A stretch of DNA of 32,000 bases from Candidatus Nitrosopelagicus sp. (GTDB lineage: Archaea > Thermoproteota > Nitrososphaeria > Nitrososphaerales > Nitrosopumilaceae), in NCBI GenBank assembly GCA_028345195.1, contig JAOMCX010000001.1, positions 73,411-105,410 of the forward strand, written 5' to 3'. Below are positions 9,717 to 17,429 of this stretch, in pieces. The notes under the pieces are model-generated. The model saw only the letters and a program-made list of their open reading frames with translations, was not told the DNA's origin and searched no databases. Made by a program: the position numbers and the translations under genes. The first letter of the stretch is position 1. The number at the start of each line of letters is the position of its first letter.

Positions 9717-10277
9717 ATGAAAAATTTAATTGAAGAATCAATCACATCTCGAATAGATATTGTTCAGAATTCTACTTCTCTTTCAAGTGAAATTGAAGAA
9801 TCTATTCAAAAAATAATAGAATGTTTAAAAAATCAAAAAAAAATTATTCTTTTTGGAAATGGAGGTAGTGCAGCTGATGCTCAACATATTGCTGCTGAAT
9901 TTATTGGTAGATTCAAAAAAGAAAGAAATTCTTTACCTGCAGTTTCATTAACAACCGATACCTCAATAATAACTTCTATTTCTAACGATTATTCTTTTGA
10001 TAATATTTTTAGTCGTCAATGTGAAAGTTTAGTTAATTCTGGGGATGTTGTAATTGCAATATCTACAAGCGGTAATTCCAAAAATATTGAATTAGGAATT
10101 AAAGCATCAAAACAAAATGGTGCATTAATTATTGGATTGTTAGGTAATAATGGTGGAATGATTAGAGAACTTGTTGACATACCTATTATTATAAACTCTA
10201 CAGATACTGCAAAAATCCAGGAAATGCATCGAATTATTTATCATATAATCTGCGATTTCGTTGAAAAAAATCTATAA
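9717..10277 (+). CDS. gmhA: Phosphoheptose isomerase (SIS domain, GmhA type)
   Basis: 186 aa with FGNGGSAADAQHIAAEFIGRF, TSISNDYSF and AISTSGNSKN. Confidence 0.8.
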   Translation: MKNLIEESITSRIDIVQNSTSLSSEIEESIQKIIECLKNQKKIILFGNGGSAADAQHIAAEFIGRFKKERNSLPAVSLTTDTSIITSISNDYSFDNIFSRQCESLVNSGDVVIAISTSGNSKNIELGIKASKQNGALIIGLLGNNGGMIRELVDIPIIINSTDTAKIQEMHRIIYHIICDFVEKNL

Positions 10278-10293
10278 CCGTCTCTCAAACAAA

Positions 10294-11301
10294 TTATAAT
10301 CTATTTTTAATATAATCTATTGCGTCAACTGGTGATGGATCTATCTTAGATAAGACTGCAAGGTAAATAGAAGTATAATCTAATAAATAAATTAAACATA
10401 CAAGTTTTGAAATTATATTTCCATCAACTGAAAATACTTCTGCATATTCTATGTTCTTACTTTTGAAATACTCTTTAATAATTTGCCATCTCTCTTTTGT
10501 TTTAATATAATCATTTGCTCCTTGAAGTAAAATTGGTTTGAAATTATTGTTATTTTCCCATGTTGAAATTGAATTATGTGATGCTTCTATTACATCTTCT
10601 ATACTAGTATGAATTTTTGAATTTTCTTGTAATGAATTTTTGAATCTAATTGCAGCAGCCTTAAGTCCATCAGGGTAGTAGATTAAGGGATTTGAATCAA
10701 TATTTTTTGCTAAACTTAAAGATGGATTTCCTTCATTAAGGTTGTCTGAATTAATTTTTTTTTGTAATTCTTCCATTTTTTCAAGTGATTCAATGACTTC
10801 TGATTTTTGAATTGGTAATGCATCTCCAAGTATACTGAGGATTGAATATAGAAATATACCAAATGATGCTCTTGGTGAATGATTCATTTTAATATTATAG
10901 TGTAGAATTGAATTTTCCATACATTTCTTTTCCATAATTCCTCCTGATGAAATTGCAATAAATTTTGCATTTGATTCAGATTTATAATCTAAAATGGCTA
11001 ACGTCTCTTTTGTATTGCCTGATATGCTTATTGCAATCACTAATGTTTTGTCGTCAACCGTCTTTGGCAATAAATATCCTTTAACAGTTGAAACATGGAA
11101 ATTTTCTCTAGACAATATTGCTGCAATAATATCTCCAATTGCACCTGATCCTCCCATTCCTGCTAAAACCACATGATCTATATTATCAAATCTTATCTTT
11201 GAAAATTCTTTCTCGTAAGCATCTTTAGCTAATATTGCCCATTTGTCATAAACTTTATACATTTTTTGTGGATCAAATTTTTGAATATCTTGTATATTCA
11301 T
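10294..11301 (-). CDS. Bifunctional phosphoglucose/phosphomannose isomerase (archaeal PGI/PMI, double SIS)
   Basis: 335 aa with LAGMGGSGAIGD and AISISGNTKET. Size and layout match archaeal PGI/PMI enzymes. Confidence 0.75.
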   Translation of the reverse strand: MNIQDIQKFDPQKMYKVYDKWAILAKDAYEKEFSKIRFDNIDHVVLAGMGGSGAIGDIIAAILSRENFHVSTVKGYLLPKTVDDKTLVIAISISGNTKETLAILDYKSESNAKFIAISSGGIMEKKCMENSILHYNIKMNHSPRASFGIFLYSILSILGDALPIQKSEVIESLEKMEELQKKINSDNLNEGNPSLSLAKNIDSNPLIYYPDGLKAAAIRFKNSLQENSKIHTSIEDVIEASHNSISTWENNNNFKPILLQGANDYIKTKERWQIIKEYFKSKNIEYAEVFSVDGNIISKLVCLIYLLDYTSIYLAVLSKIDPSPVDAIDYIKNRL

Positions 11302-11394
11302 ATTGCAACTAAAAACTACATCTAATAAAACACTAAGGTATGATAGATACTTTATGTCTAAACAAATAATAAATTCTTGATTTAAAAAAATATT

Positions 11395-12429
11395 ATGACA
11401 TTAAAAACAATAGAATGGAAAGATAATTCTGTAGTAATGATTGATCAGACAAAATTACCTAATATTCTTGAATATGCTACTTATACTGATTTTAATCAGG
11501 TTGCAGACGCAATTAGGACATTAGTTATTAGAGGTGCACCTGCTATAGGAGTGTCTGGCGCATTTGGACTTGCTTTAGCATCATTACAAAGTGATGCTGC
11601 AAACAAAGATGAACTCATATCATATATGGAAAATGCTAAAAAAATTCTATTTGAAACAAGACCTACAGCAGTGAATCTTGGATGGGGTCTCAATAAAATT
11701 ATGGAAGTTGCAAATAATGGAAATACTGTAGATGAAATTAGAAAAAATGTTATTGATTATGCCAAAAAAATGGCAGACAATGATGTAAAAATCAATATGG
11801 CAATGGGGAAAAATGGTTCAGAATTATTTGATAATGATGACACTATAATGACTCATTGTAATGCAGGTGCATTAGCTACTGTTGGTTATGGAACAGCTTT
11901 GGGAGTAATTCGTGCAACAAAAGACAGTGGAAAAAATGTTAAAGTTATAGCTACTGAAACTCGTCCAATCCAACAAGGTTCAAGATTAACCGCTTTTGAA
12001 TTAAAACACGATGGAATTGATGTTAGTCTAATACCTGACACTGCAGTTGGTTATTCAATGGCAAATGGTTTAGTAGACAAAATAATTGTTGGCGCAGATC
12101 GAATTCTAAGAACTGGCCATGTTTATAATAAAATTGGAACATATCAGGTAGCAACTATGGCAAATCAACATAAAATTCCATTCTATGTTGCAGCACCACT
12201 TTCAACATTTGATATGAAGAGTAATCCTGAAGATGTAATCATTGAACAACGAAAAGGTTCTGAGGTTACTGGAATTGGAGATAAAAAAACTGCACCTGAT
12301 GGTATTGATGTAATTAATCCTGCATTTGATATGACTCCTCCTGAATTGATTGATGGAATAATTACTGAGAAAGGTATTGCAAAAGCACCATTTGAAGAAT
12401 CTATAAAAAAATTATTCCAAGCTAATTAA
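11395..12429 (+). CDS. aIF-2B-I family sugar-phosphate isomerase (methylthioribose-1-P isomerase MtnA or ribose-1,5-bisphosphate isomerase)
   Basis: 344 aa with IRGAPAIGV, THCNAGALAT, ETRPIQQGSRLTA and VGADRI. Confidence 0.8.
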   Translation: MTLKTIEWKDNSVVMIDQTKLPNILEYATYTDFNQVADAIRTLVIRGAPAIGVSGAFGLALASLQSDAANKDELISYMENAKKILFETRPTAVNLGWGLNKIMEVANNGNTVDEIRKNVIDYAKKMADNDVKINMAMGKNGSELFDNDDTIMTHCNAGALATVGYGTALGVIRATKDSGKNVKVIATETRPIQQGSRLTAFELKHDGIDVSLIPDTAVGYSMANGLVDKIIVGADRILRTGHVYNKIGTYQVATMANQHKIPFYVAAPLSTFDMKSNPEDVIIEQRKGSEVTGIGDKKTAPDGIDVINPAFDMTPPELIDGIITEKGIAKAPFEESIKKLFQAN

Positions 12430-12450
12430 CATCAAGTTTTTATTCATTTC

Positions 12451-13107
12451 ATGTGGAATTTTCTCATGAGTACTGTCAGTATAGAAAATGTACGTGATTC
12501 ACTGAAAAAATGTATGGATCCTGAAGTTCCATTAAGTATTGTAGATATGGGTTTAATCTACGGAATTGATGTAACTGAAAATAATGATGTAAATATCAAA
12601 ATGACTATGACAACAAAAGGTTGTCCTTTACATGAAACAATGGTTGACGATGTTAAAAGATATGCAAAAAAAGTTTCTGGTGTAAATAATGTCGATGTAG
12701 AAATTGTATGGGATCCTCCATGGACAATGGATAAAATGTCAGATGAAGCAAAAGCCATGATGAAAACAATGGGTTCTCAAAATACTCCTGCTCCTATTAA
12801 TTATGAAACCGCTGTACCACAAGGTGTTGGCAACTTAGTAAAACAAGAAGATGGTTCTCTAGTTCTTGCAAATGAGCATGAACAAGGATTTATGGTAAAT
12901 CAAGCAATCATAGACTTTTGGAAATCTTGTAATGGACAAAGAAAAGTTACTGAATTGGTGGATCTATTTGCTCAACAAACTGGATTACAAAGAACACAAG
13001 TTGAAAAAGAGGTAATGCAATTATTAAAACAACTTCATGAAGGTGGATTACTAGTTATTCCAAACCAAAACGATGCTCCAAATGTTGAATTTAAAAAATC
13101 AAGTTAA
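12451..13107 (+). CDS. Fusion protein: N-terminal DUF59 (SufT/MIP18-like Fe-S assembly domain) plus C-terminal PqqD-like peptide-binding (RRE) domain
   Basis: The DUF59 part shows DPEVPLSIVDMGLIYGIDV, TTKGCPLHETM and VEIVWDPPWT. The C-terminal part shows FMVNQAIIDFWKSCNGQRKVTELVDLFAQQTGLQRTQVEKEVMQLLKQLHEGGLLV, a PqqD-type pattern. The start could be ATG 12451 or ATG 12466. Confidence 0.65.
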   Translation: MWNFLMSTVSIENVRDSLKKCMDPEVPLSIVDMGLIYGIDVTENNDVNIKMTMTTKGCPLHETMVDDVKRYAKKVSGVNNVDVEIVWDPPWTMDKMSDEAKAMMKTMGSQNTPAPINYETAVPQGVGNLVKQEDGSLVLANEHEQGFMVNQAIIDFWKSCNGQRKVTELVDLFAQQTGLQRTQVEKEVMQLLKQLHEGGLLVIPNQNDAPNVEFKKSS

Positions 13108-13343
13108 ATTTCTTTAATCTCTGTTATCTTTGCTAAAACCGAATCCATTTTTACAATAGCACGTTTTTCTGCCCAACCTAATGCAACATACCAATCCCCT
13201 GCATCATCATCATACTTTGTTTCTAATGTCTCAATTTTTTCAGATTCTGTCTTGTATTCTTTTAAAATTCCTGACATTGCAAGTGATATTGCATCTTTTT
13301 CTGTTTTCAATCGTCTATCCATTAAACCGATACCAGGACTCAT
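13104..13343 (-). CDS. Hypothetical small protein (79 aa, charged/helical)
   Basis: ATG-started ORF convergent with the previous gene and overlapping it by 4 nt. I recognise no motif. Confidence 0.4.
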   Translation of the reverse strand: MSPGIGLMDRRLKTEKDAISLAMSGILKEYKTESEKIETLETKYDDDAGDWYVALGWAEKRAIVKMDSVLAKITEIKEI

Positions 13344-13382
13344 GTTATGATCTGAAAATTATCTCTAATATACTTGATTATT

Positions 13383-13389
13383 AAAAAAA
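13383..13389 (-). terminator. Oligo-T tract directly after tRNA-Arg
   Basis: The plus strand has A7, so the minus strand reads T7 directly after the acceptor 3' strand. This fits the oligo-T style of archaeal termination. The first T may be the discriminator base. Confidence 0.35.
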
Positions 13390-13463
13390 GGGCCCGATGG
13401 GATTCGAACCCATGGCCTGGTGGTCCGAAGCCACCCGCTCTATCCAGGCTGAGCTACGGGTCC
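13389..13463 (-). tRNA. tRNA-Arg (anticodon TCG)
   Basis: Hand-folded cloverleaf: GGACCCG TA GCTC AGCCTGGATA GAGC G GGTGG CTTCGGA CCACC AGGCC ATGGG TTCGAAT CCCAT CGGGCCC (T). No intron and no encoded CCA. Confidence 0.9.
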
Positions 13464-13487
13464 AAAAAAATAAGCATTTAACTGGTC

Positions 13488-13495
13488 TAAATATC
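13488..13495 (-). promoter_or_regulatory. TATA-like box upstream of tRNA-Arg
   Basis: The minus strand reads GATATTTA and begins about 32 nt upstream of the tRNA 5' end. The spacing matches the other promoters in this window. Confidence 0.35.
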
Positions 13496-13505
13496 TGTCT
13501 CAGTT

Positions 13506-14678
13506 ATGAAAATATCAAAAAAAGTCGCAGGAGTGGAATATGCAATTAGAGATATTGTTTCTGCAGCACGTGAAATAGAGTTACAGGGGAAAACAGTTGA
13601 TTATCTGAACATAGGTGATCCTGTGCAATCAGGATTTCAACCACCACAAAATGTCAAACAAGCCATGATTAACGCAATAAATAATGGAAATAATTTCTAT
13701 ACTCGTTCTGAAGGTTTAACTGAATTAACTGACGCAATTGCAAAAAAAGAAAATGCAAAAGGTCTGTCCATACCCTCTGAAAATATTCTTGTAACAAATG
13801 GTGTTTCTGAAGGTTTGGATATGGTTATCTCTTCTATAGTTGAAGAAGGTGATGAAGTATTACTTCCCGGTCCATATTATCCTCCATATGCTTCATACGT
13901 TAGATTACACGGAGGAATTCCAATTGAATTCTCAGTTGATTTGAATTCATCATCTCCTGATATCGATGACATCAAAAGTAAGATTACTTCAAAAACTGTT
14001 GCAATTTGTCTAATCAGTCCAAATAATCCTACGGGTTTGGTATTCAATGAAAATGCTTTAAGACAAATTGTTGATGTAGCAAATGAAAATAATCTGTATA
14101 TCATCTGTGATGAAATTTACGATCAAATAGTTTTTGATGAAAAATTTACTGGTATTGGAAAAGTTGCTGGTGACTCACCTGTAATTGTTCTCAATGGCTT
14201 TTCAAAAGTTCATTTAATGTCTGGGTGGCGAATTGGATATATTGCATTTAACAATTCACCACATCTTGATAATCTTAGAGAAAATTTACCAAAACTTGCT
14301 AGAGTGAGAATTTCAACAAATCTTCCTGTACAATATGCTGCTCTAGAATCTTTAACTGGCCCTCAAGACTATATTCCAAAATTTGTTTCTGAATTAAAAA
14401 CACATAGAGATTATGTCATAAAACGACTAAACGAAATGAATGGTATTTCATGTTCAAATCCCAAAGGTGCATTTTACGCATTTCCAAAAATTGAACAAAA
14501 TAAATTTAATTCTGATAAAGAATTTGTTCTAGAATTGTTGAGACAAAAAGGTGTACTCACAGTTCATGGTTCTGGTTTTGGTGAACAATATGGCAGTGGC
14601 CATTTTAGAATTGTTTATCTTCCAAAAATGGAAATATTGGAATCAGCTATGAACAAAATTGAGGATTTTGTTCGTTAA
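13506..14678 (+). CDS. Class I/II PLP-dependent aminotransferase (aspartate/alanine aminotransferase type)
   Basis: 390 aa with SPNNPTG, CDEIYD and the PLP-lysine context GFSKVHLMSGWRIGY. Confidence 0.85.
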   Translation: MKISKKVAGVEYAIRDIVSAAREIELQGKTVDYLNIGDPVQSGFQPPQNVKQAMINAINNGNNFYTRSEGLTELTDAIAKKENAKGLSIPSENILVTNGVSEGLDMVISSIVEEGDEVLLPGPYYPPYASYVRLHGGIPIEFSVDLNSSSPDIDDIKSKITSKTVAICLISPNNPTGLVFNENALRQIVDVANENNLYIICDEIYDQIVFDEKFTGIGKVAGDSPVIVLNGFSKVHLMSGWRIGYIAFNNSPHLDNLRENLPKLARVRISTNLPVQYAALESLTGPQDYIPKFVSELKTHRDYVIKRLNEMNGISCSNPKGAFYAFPKIEQNKFNSDKEFVLELLRQKGVLTVHGSGFGEQYGSGHFRIVYLPKMEILESAMNKIEDFVR

Positions 14679-15076
14679 TATTTCCAATTAGAAAATTCTT
14701 TAGGTAAAATCTCAATTATACAATCTGTATCCTCTAGTAATTCTTTGGCAGATTTATTTTCTAACGATTTAAAATATCGTAAAAGAATTTTTTTTGCAAT
14801 TCTGTTGACTGTTTTCTTTTCTTTTAATAATTTTGCAATTCCTTTACCCATTACACCAAAAATATCTGGTGCATTAACCCCGACATCAACACAAAAACTA
14901 ACTTTTCTATGTTTTTTGATATTCTTTGCTTTCTGAGTTTTTGTATTTGTTCCGACATAGATCTTACCTGCACTATACAAATACCAAACAGGAACGATAT
15001 GTGGGGAATTTTTTTCATCAATGGTTGCCAAATGAAGAATTTTTTCTTTTTTTAAAAATTCAGTTTGCTTTGACAT
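14675..15076 (-). CDS. PPOX-family flavin/deazaflavin-binding protein (pyridoxamine 5'-phosphate oxidase-like split barrel)
   Basis: Contains KILHLATIDEKNSPHIVPVWYLY and KAKNIKKHRKVSF. I place the start at ATG 15076 (MSKQTEF...) rather than the TTG at 15100 given in the track. Confidence 0.65.
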   Translation of the reverse strand: MSKQTEFLKKEKILHLATIDEKNSPHIVPVWYLYSAGKIYVGTNTKTQKAKNIKKHRKVSFCVDVGVNAPDIFGVMGKGIAKLLKEKKTVNRIAKKILLRYFKSLENKSAKELLEDTDCIIEILPKEFSNWKY

Positions 15077-15296
15077 TTGGTTTTCTGTACCCCCAACCAA
15101 TTAAAATTAATCCAAAAGCAATCATTCCAACTGAAATTTTCTCATTACTGATGTCTGGTCCCAATAAAAAATCGAGTGCAAATTCTGGACTCCACAAAAT
15201 CATATTTCTAACTAAAACAATTGATGCCATTATGATGAACAAAACTCCCATTGCAGAGAACCAATTTCTTCCTCTACGTGAATATTCACTACTCAT
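15060..15296 (-). CDS. Small two-helix membrane protein (78 aa), hypothetical
   Basis: ATG start and two hydrophobic stretches. The 17-nt overlap ATGTCAAAGCAAACTGA with the downstream PPOX gene suggests co-translation. Confidence 0.4.
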   Translation of the reverse strand: MSSEYSRRGRNWFSAMGVLFIIMASIVLVRNMILWSPEFALDFLLGPDISNEKISVGMIAFGLILIGWGYRKPNVKAN

Positions 15297-15320
15297 GATA
15301 AAACATTGTTCTTAATCGTT

Positions 15321-15992
15321 TTAAATTATTTTAATTCCAGGATTTTTCATCTTGTTTCTTATCATTGCATTAAGTAACAATGGAGTTGACATCTCAACAA
15401 GATAAGCTAATGCACCTGGTCCTAAATAAATTGGTCTCAAACCTTCAATTTCATTAATTAATCCATTTACTACTTCCACTGATTCTTTACTATCTCCTGC
15501 AACGAATATGTCATAATCTAATTTCAAAGTTGGATTAACAAGTTTTTTCTCAGAAATTACATGAAATGCTGAAACAAGTTTTGATTTATCTTTCATATGC
15601 TTTTCAACTGTTTGATGTGAAAATGGTTTATTTTCTTTTATTGCAACACACTCAAAACCTGTATCTGTTTTTGTCATAGGAACAATTGGTGATACAACAA
15701 CGCAGTCATCACTAATGTGAGGCAATAATTCTGAACAAATTGAATCAATATTCTCATATGGAATTGATAAGACTAAAACATCTGATTCTTTAGCAACTGT
15801 TGTGTTATCTGTACCTGTAATATCCCCATTAATTTTTTCATATGCTTCTTTAGTTAATTGTGTATATTCTTGAGCTGATGTATTTGCACGTTCAGCATCT
15901 CTTGAACCGATCAAAACATTATGATCTTTGCACCATCTGATTGCAAAACCTTTTCCCATTCCGCCAGTTCCACCAATAATTCCAACTTTCAT
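15321..15992 (-). CDS. npdG: NADPH-dependent F420 reductase (NpdG/Fno type)
   Basis: 223 aa with the N-terminal dinucleotide fold MKVGIIGGTGGMGKG. Length and layout match F420:NADP oxidoreductases. Confidence 0.75.
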   Translation of the reverse strand: MKVGIIGGTGGMGKGFAIRWCKDHNVLIGSRDAERANTSAQEYTQLTKEAYEKINGDITGTDNTTVAKESDVLVLSIPYENIDSICSELLPHISDDCVVVSPIVPMTKTDTGFECVAIKENKPFSHQTVEKHMKDKSKLVSAFHVISEKKLVNPTLKLDYDIFVAGDSKESVEVVNGLINEIEGLRPIYLGPGALAYLVEMSTPLLLNAMIRNKMKNPGIKII

Positions 15993-16049
15993 GAATGCGC
16001 TCTGCCAATCTTATTATTATCTCTATTGAAGACAAATTCGTAATACAAT

Positions 16050-16667
16050 ATGATAATCTTCCTTAGACATGGGCAAGCTGAAAATAATACTAAAAAAATT
16101 TTAGCGGGTAGAACTCCTGGAATTAATCTTACTGAAGAAGGAAAAAAACAGGCTGAACAGGCTGGTGAGATGATTAAATCTCTTAATATCTCTGCAATTT
16201 ACTCTAGTCCAATTGATAGGGCAATGCAAACTGCAGAAATTGTTGGAAAACATTGTGATGTAAAACCAATATCAGATGATCGATTAATTGAATTGGATAT
16301 GGGAAAGTTTACGATGGTTCCATATGACGAAATCTTCAAAAAACATGGTAACGTATTCTTGAAATTCTATGAAGGCAGTTTGGAAATTAGTCATAATGGC
16401 GTTGAATCATTTTCAGAAGTACAAAAAAGAGTTTTTGATATTGTTGACTTTGTCAAAAATAACCATAAAGGAGAAAACGTTGTTCTAGTTACTCATATGG
16501 ATCCAATTAAAGCAATGATCGGAAAAGTCCTCTCTCTAAAATCTGAGATTCTTTTTCAATTAATTGTCGCAAATGCTTCTCTCAATGTTTTCAAATATGA
16601 CGATCAAAACTTTTACCTCTCTTCGATCAACTCTATGAACTCTTCACGTTTTCATGAGACTTTTTAA
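16050..16667 (+). CDS. Histidine phosphatase superfamily protein (phosphoglycerate mutase-like)
   Basis: 205 aa. The catalytic RHG motif lies at the N-terminus (IIFLRHGQAENN) and a second His lies in VLVTHMDPI. Confidence 0.75.
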   Translation: MIIFLRHGQAENNTKKILAGRTPGINLTEEGKKQAEQAGEMIKSLNISAIYSSPIDRAMQTAEIVGKHCDVKPISDDRLIELDMGKFTMVPYDEIFKKHGNVFLKFYEGSLEISHNGVESFSEVQKRVFDIVDFVKNNHKGENVVLVTHMDPIKAMIGKVLSLKSEILFQLIVANASLNVFKYDDQNFYLSSINSMNSSRFHETF

Positions 16668-16683
16668 GATAAATCCTCCAAAC

Positions 16684-16691
16684 TTTTAAAT
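16684..16691 (+). promoter_or_regulatory. TATA box of the oxidase operon
   Basis: AAACTTTTAAATAG. A predicted transcription start near 16713 would leave a short leader. That leader carries an SD-like CAGGTAA 5 nt before the TTG at 16727. Confidence 0.4.
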
Positions 16692-16726
16692 AGAAATTTT
16701 CGACCACGCGTAATTAACAGGTAAAA

Positions 16727-16990
16727 TTGAAAGGAATAATTGGTATAGGTGCAATGTTGGGGCTTTTAGTAATTCTTCCTTCCATTCAGTATGTTTTAGC
16801 AGCCGGTGATTCTGCTGGTGAATATCTTGATAGACGTGTAGTTATTTGGGGATTATTTTATAGATTAATGATTGTCGCATTTACAGTAGGAACTGTAGTT
16901 TCTGGTCTTATAGTATGGCTAGTTTTGAGATTTAGAGAGTCAAATCCAAAAGCAACACCAACATCTTACGAGGCGTCGGGTTCGTGGTAA
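16727..16990 (+). CDS. Small membrane protein, possibly the detached first transmembrane helix of oxidase subunit II
   Basis: 87 aa from TTG 16727, or 78 aa from ATG 16754. It has a signal-like helix plus a second helix, VVIWGLFYRLMIVAFTVGTVVSGLIVWLVLRF. Its stop lies 1 nt before the coxB ATG. Confidence 0.5.
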   Translation: MKGIIGIGAMLGLLVILPSIQYVLAAGDSAGEYLDRRVVIWGLFYRLMIVAFTVGTVVSGLIVWLVLRFRESNPKATPTSYEASGSW

Positions 16991-16991
16991 A

Positions 16992-17423
16992 ATGAGCGGA
17001 CACTCTACTTGGCCAGAATGGGTTTACGTTGGCGTTGTAATCGCATTACTTTGTTATGTAGGTGCAGAAGCTTGGAATATTGAAAGAATTATTGAGCATG
17101 TTCCAGAAGATGCAGAAATTATCAAAGTTACTGGTCAACAATGGATATGGACCTTTGAACATGAAGATGGAACTAAAGAGATAGGAGAACTACATGTCGA
17201 AAAAGGAAAAGCGTACAAGTTTGAGATAACGTCGAAAGATGTTATACATTCATTTAACATTCATGATTATGTTGTTTTGTTGGACGCAGTACCTGGAAGA
17301 GTTAACACGGTTTGGTTTTCACCAACAGATGTTGGAGAATTTGATATTCAATGTAGAGAATACTGTGGATTAATTCATTACAACATGCGTGGAACACTTA
17401 TTGTAGAGGATAAAGGAGCCTGA
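16992..17423 (+). CDS. coxB: Haem-copper oxidase subunit II (single TM helix plus CuA cupredoxin domain)
   Basis: 143 aa with QWIWTFEH, HSFNI and the CuA site CREYCGLIHYNM (C-x3-C-x3-H-x2-M). Confidence 0.85.
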   Translation: MSGHSTWPEWVYVGVVIALLCYVGAEAWNIERIIEHVPEDAEIIKVTGQQWIWTFEHEDGTKEIGELHVEKGKAYKFEITSKDVIHSFNIHDYVVLLDAVPGRVNTVWFSPTDVGEFDIQCREYCGLIHYNMRGTLIVEDKGA

Positions 17424-17429
17424 TTTGAT

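Noticed and set aside
13181-13384. 67-aa plus-strand ORF with an HHHH run
   Set aside because: It is antisense to the 79-aa minus-strand ORF and runs toward the tRNA-Arg terminator region. It has no promoter-like element, so it is probably a shadow ORF. Neither small ORF at this locus is strongly supported.
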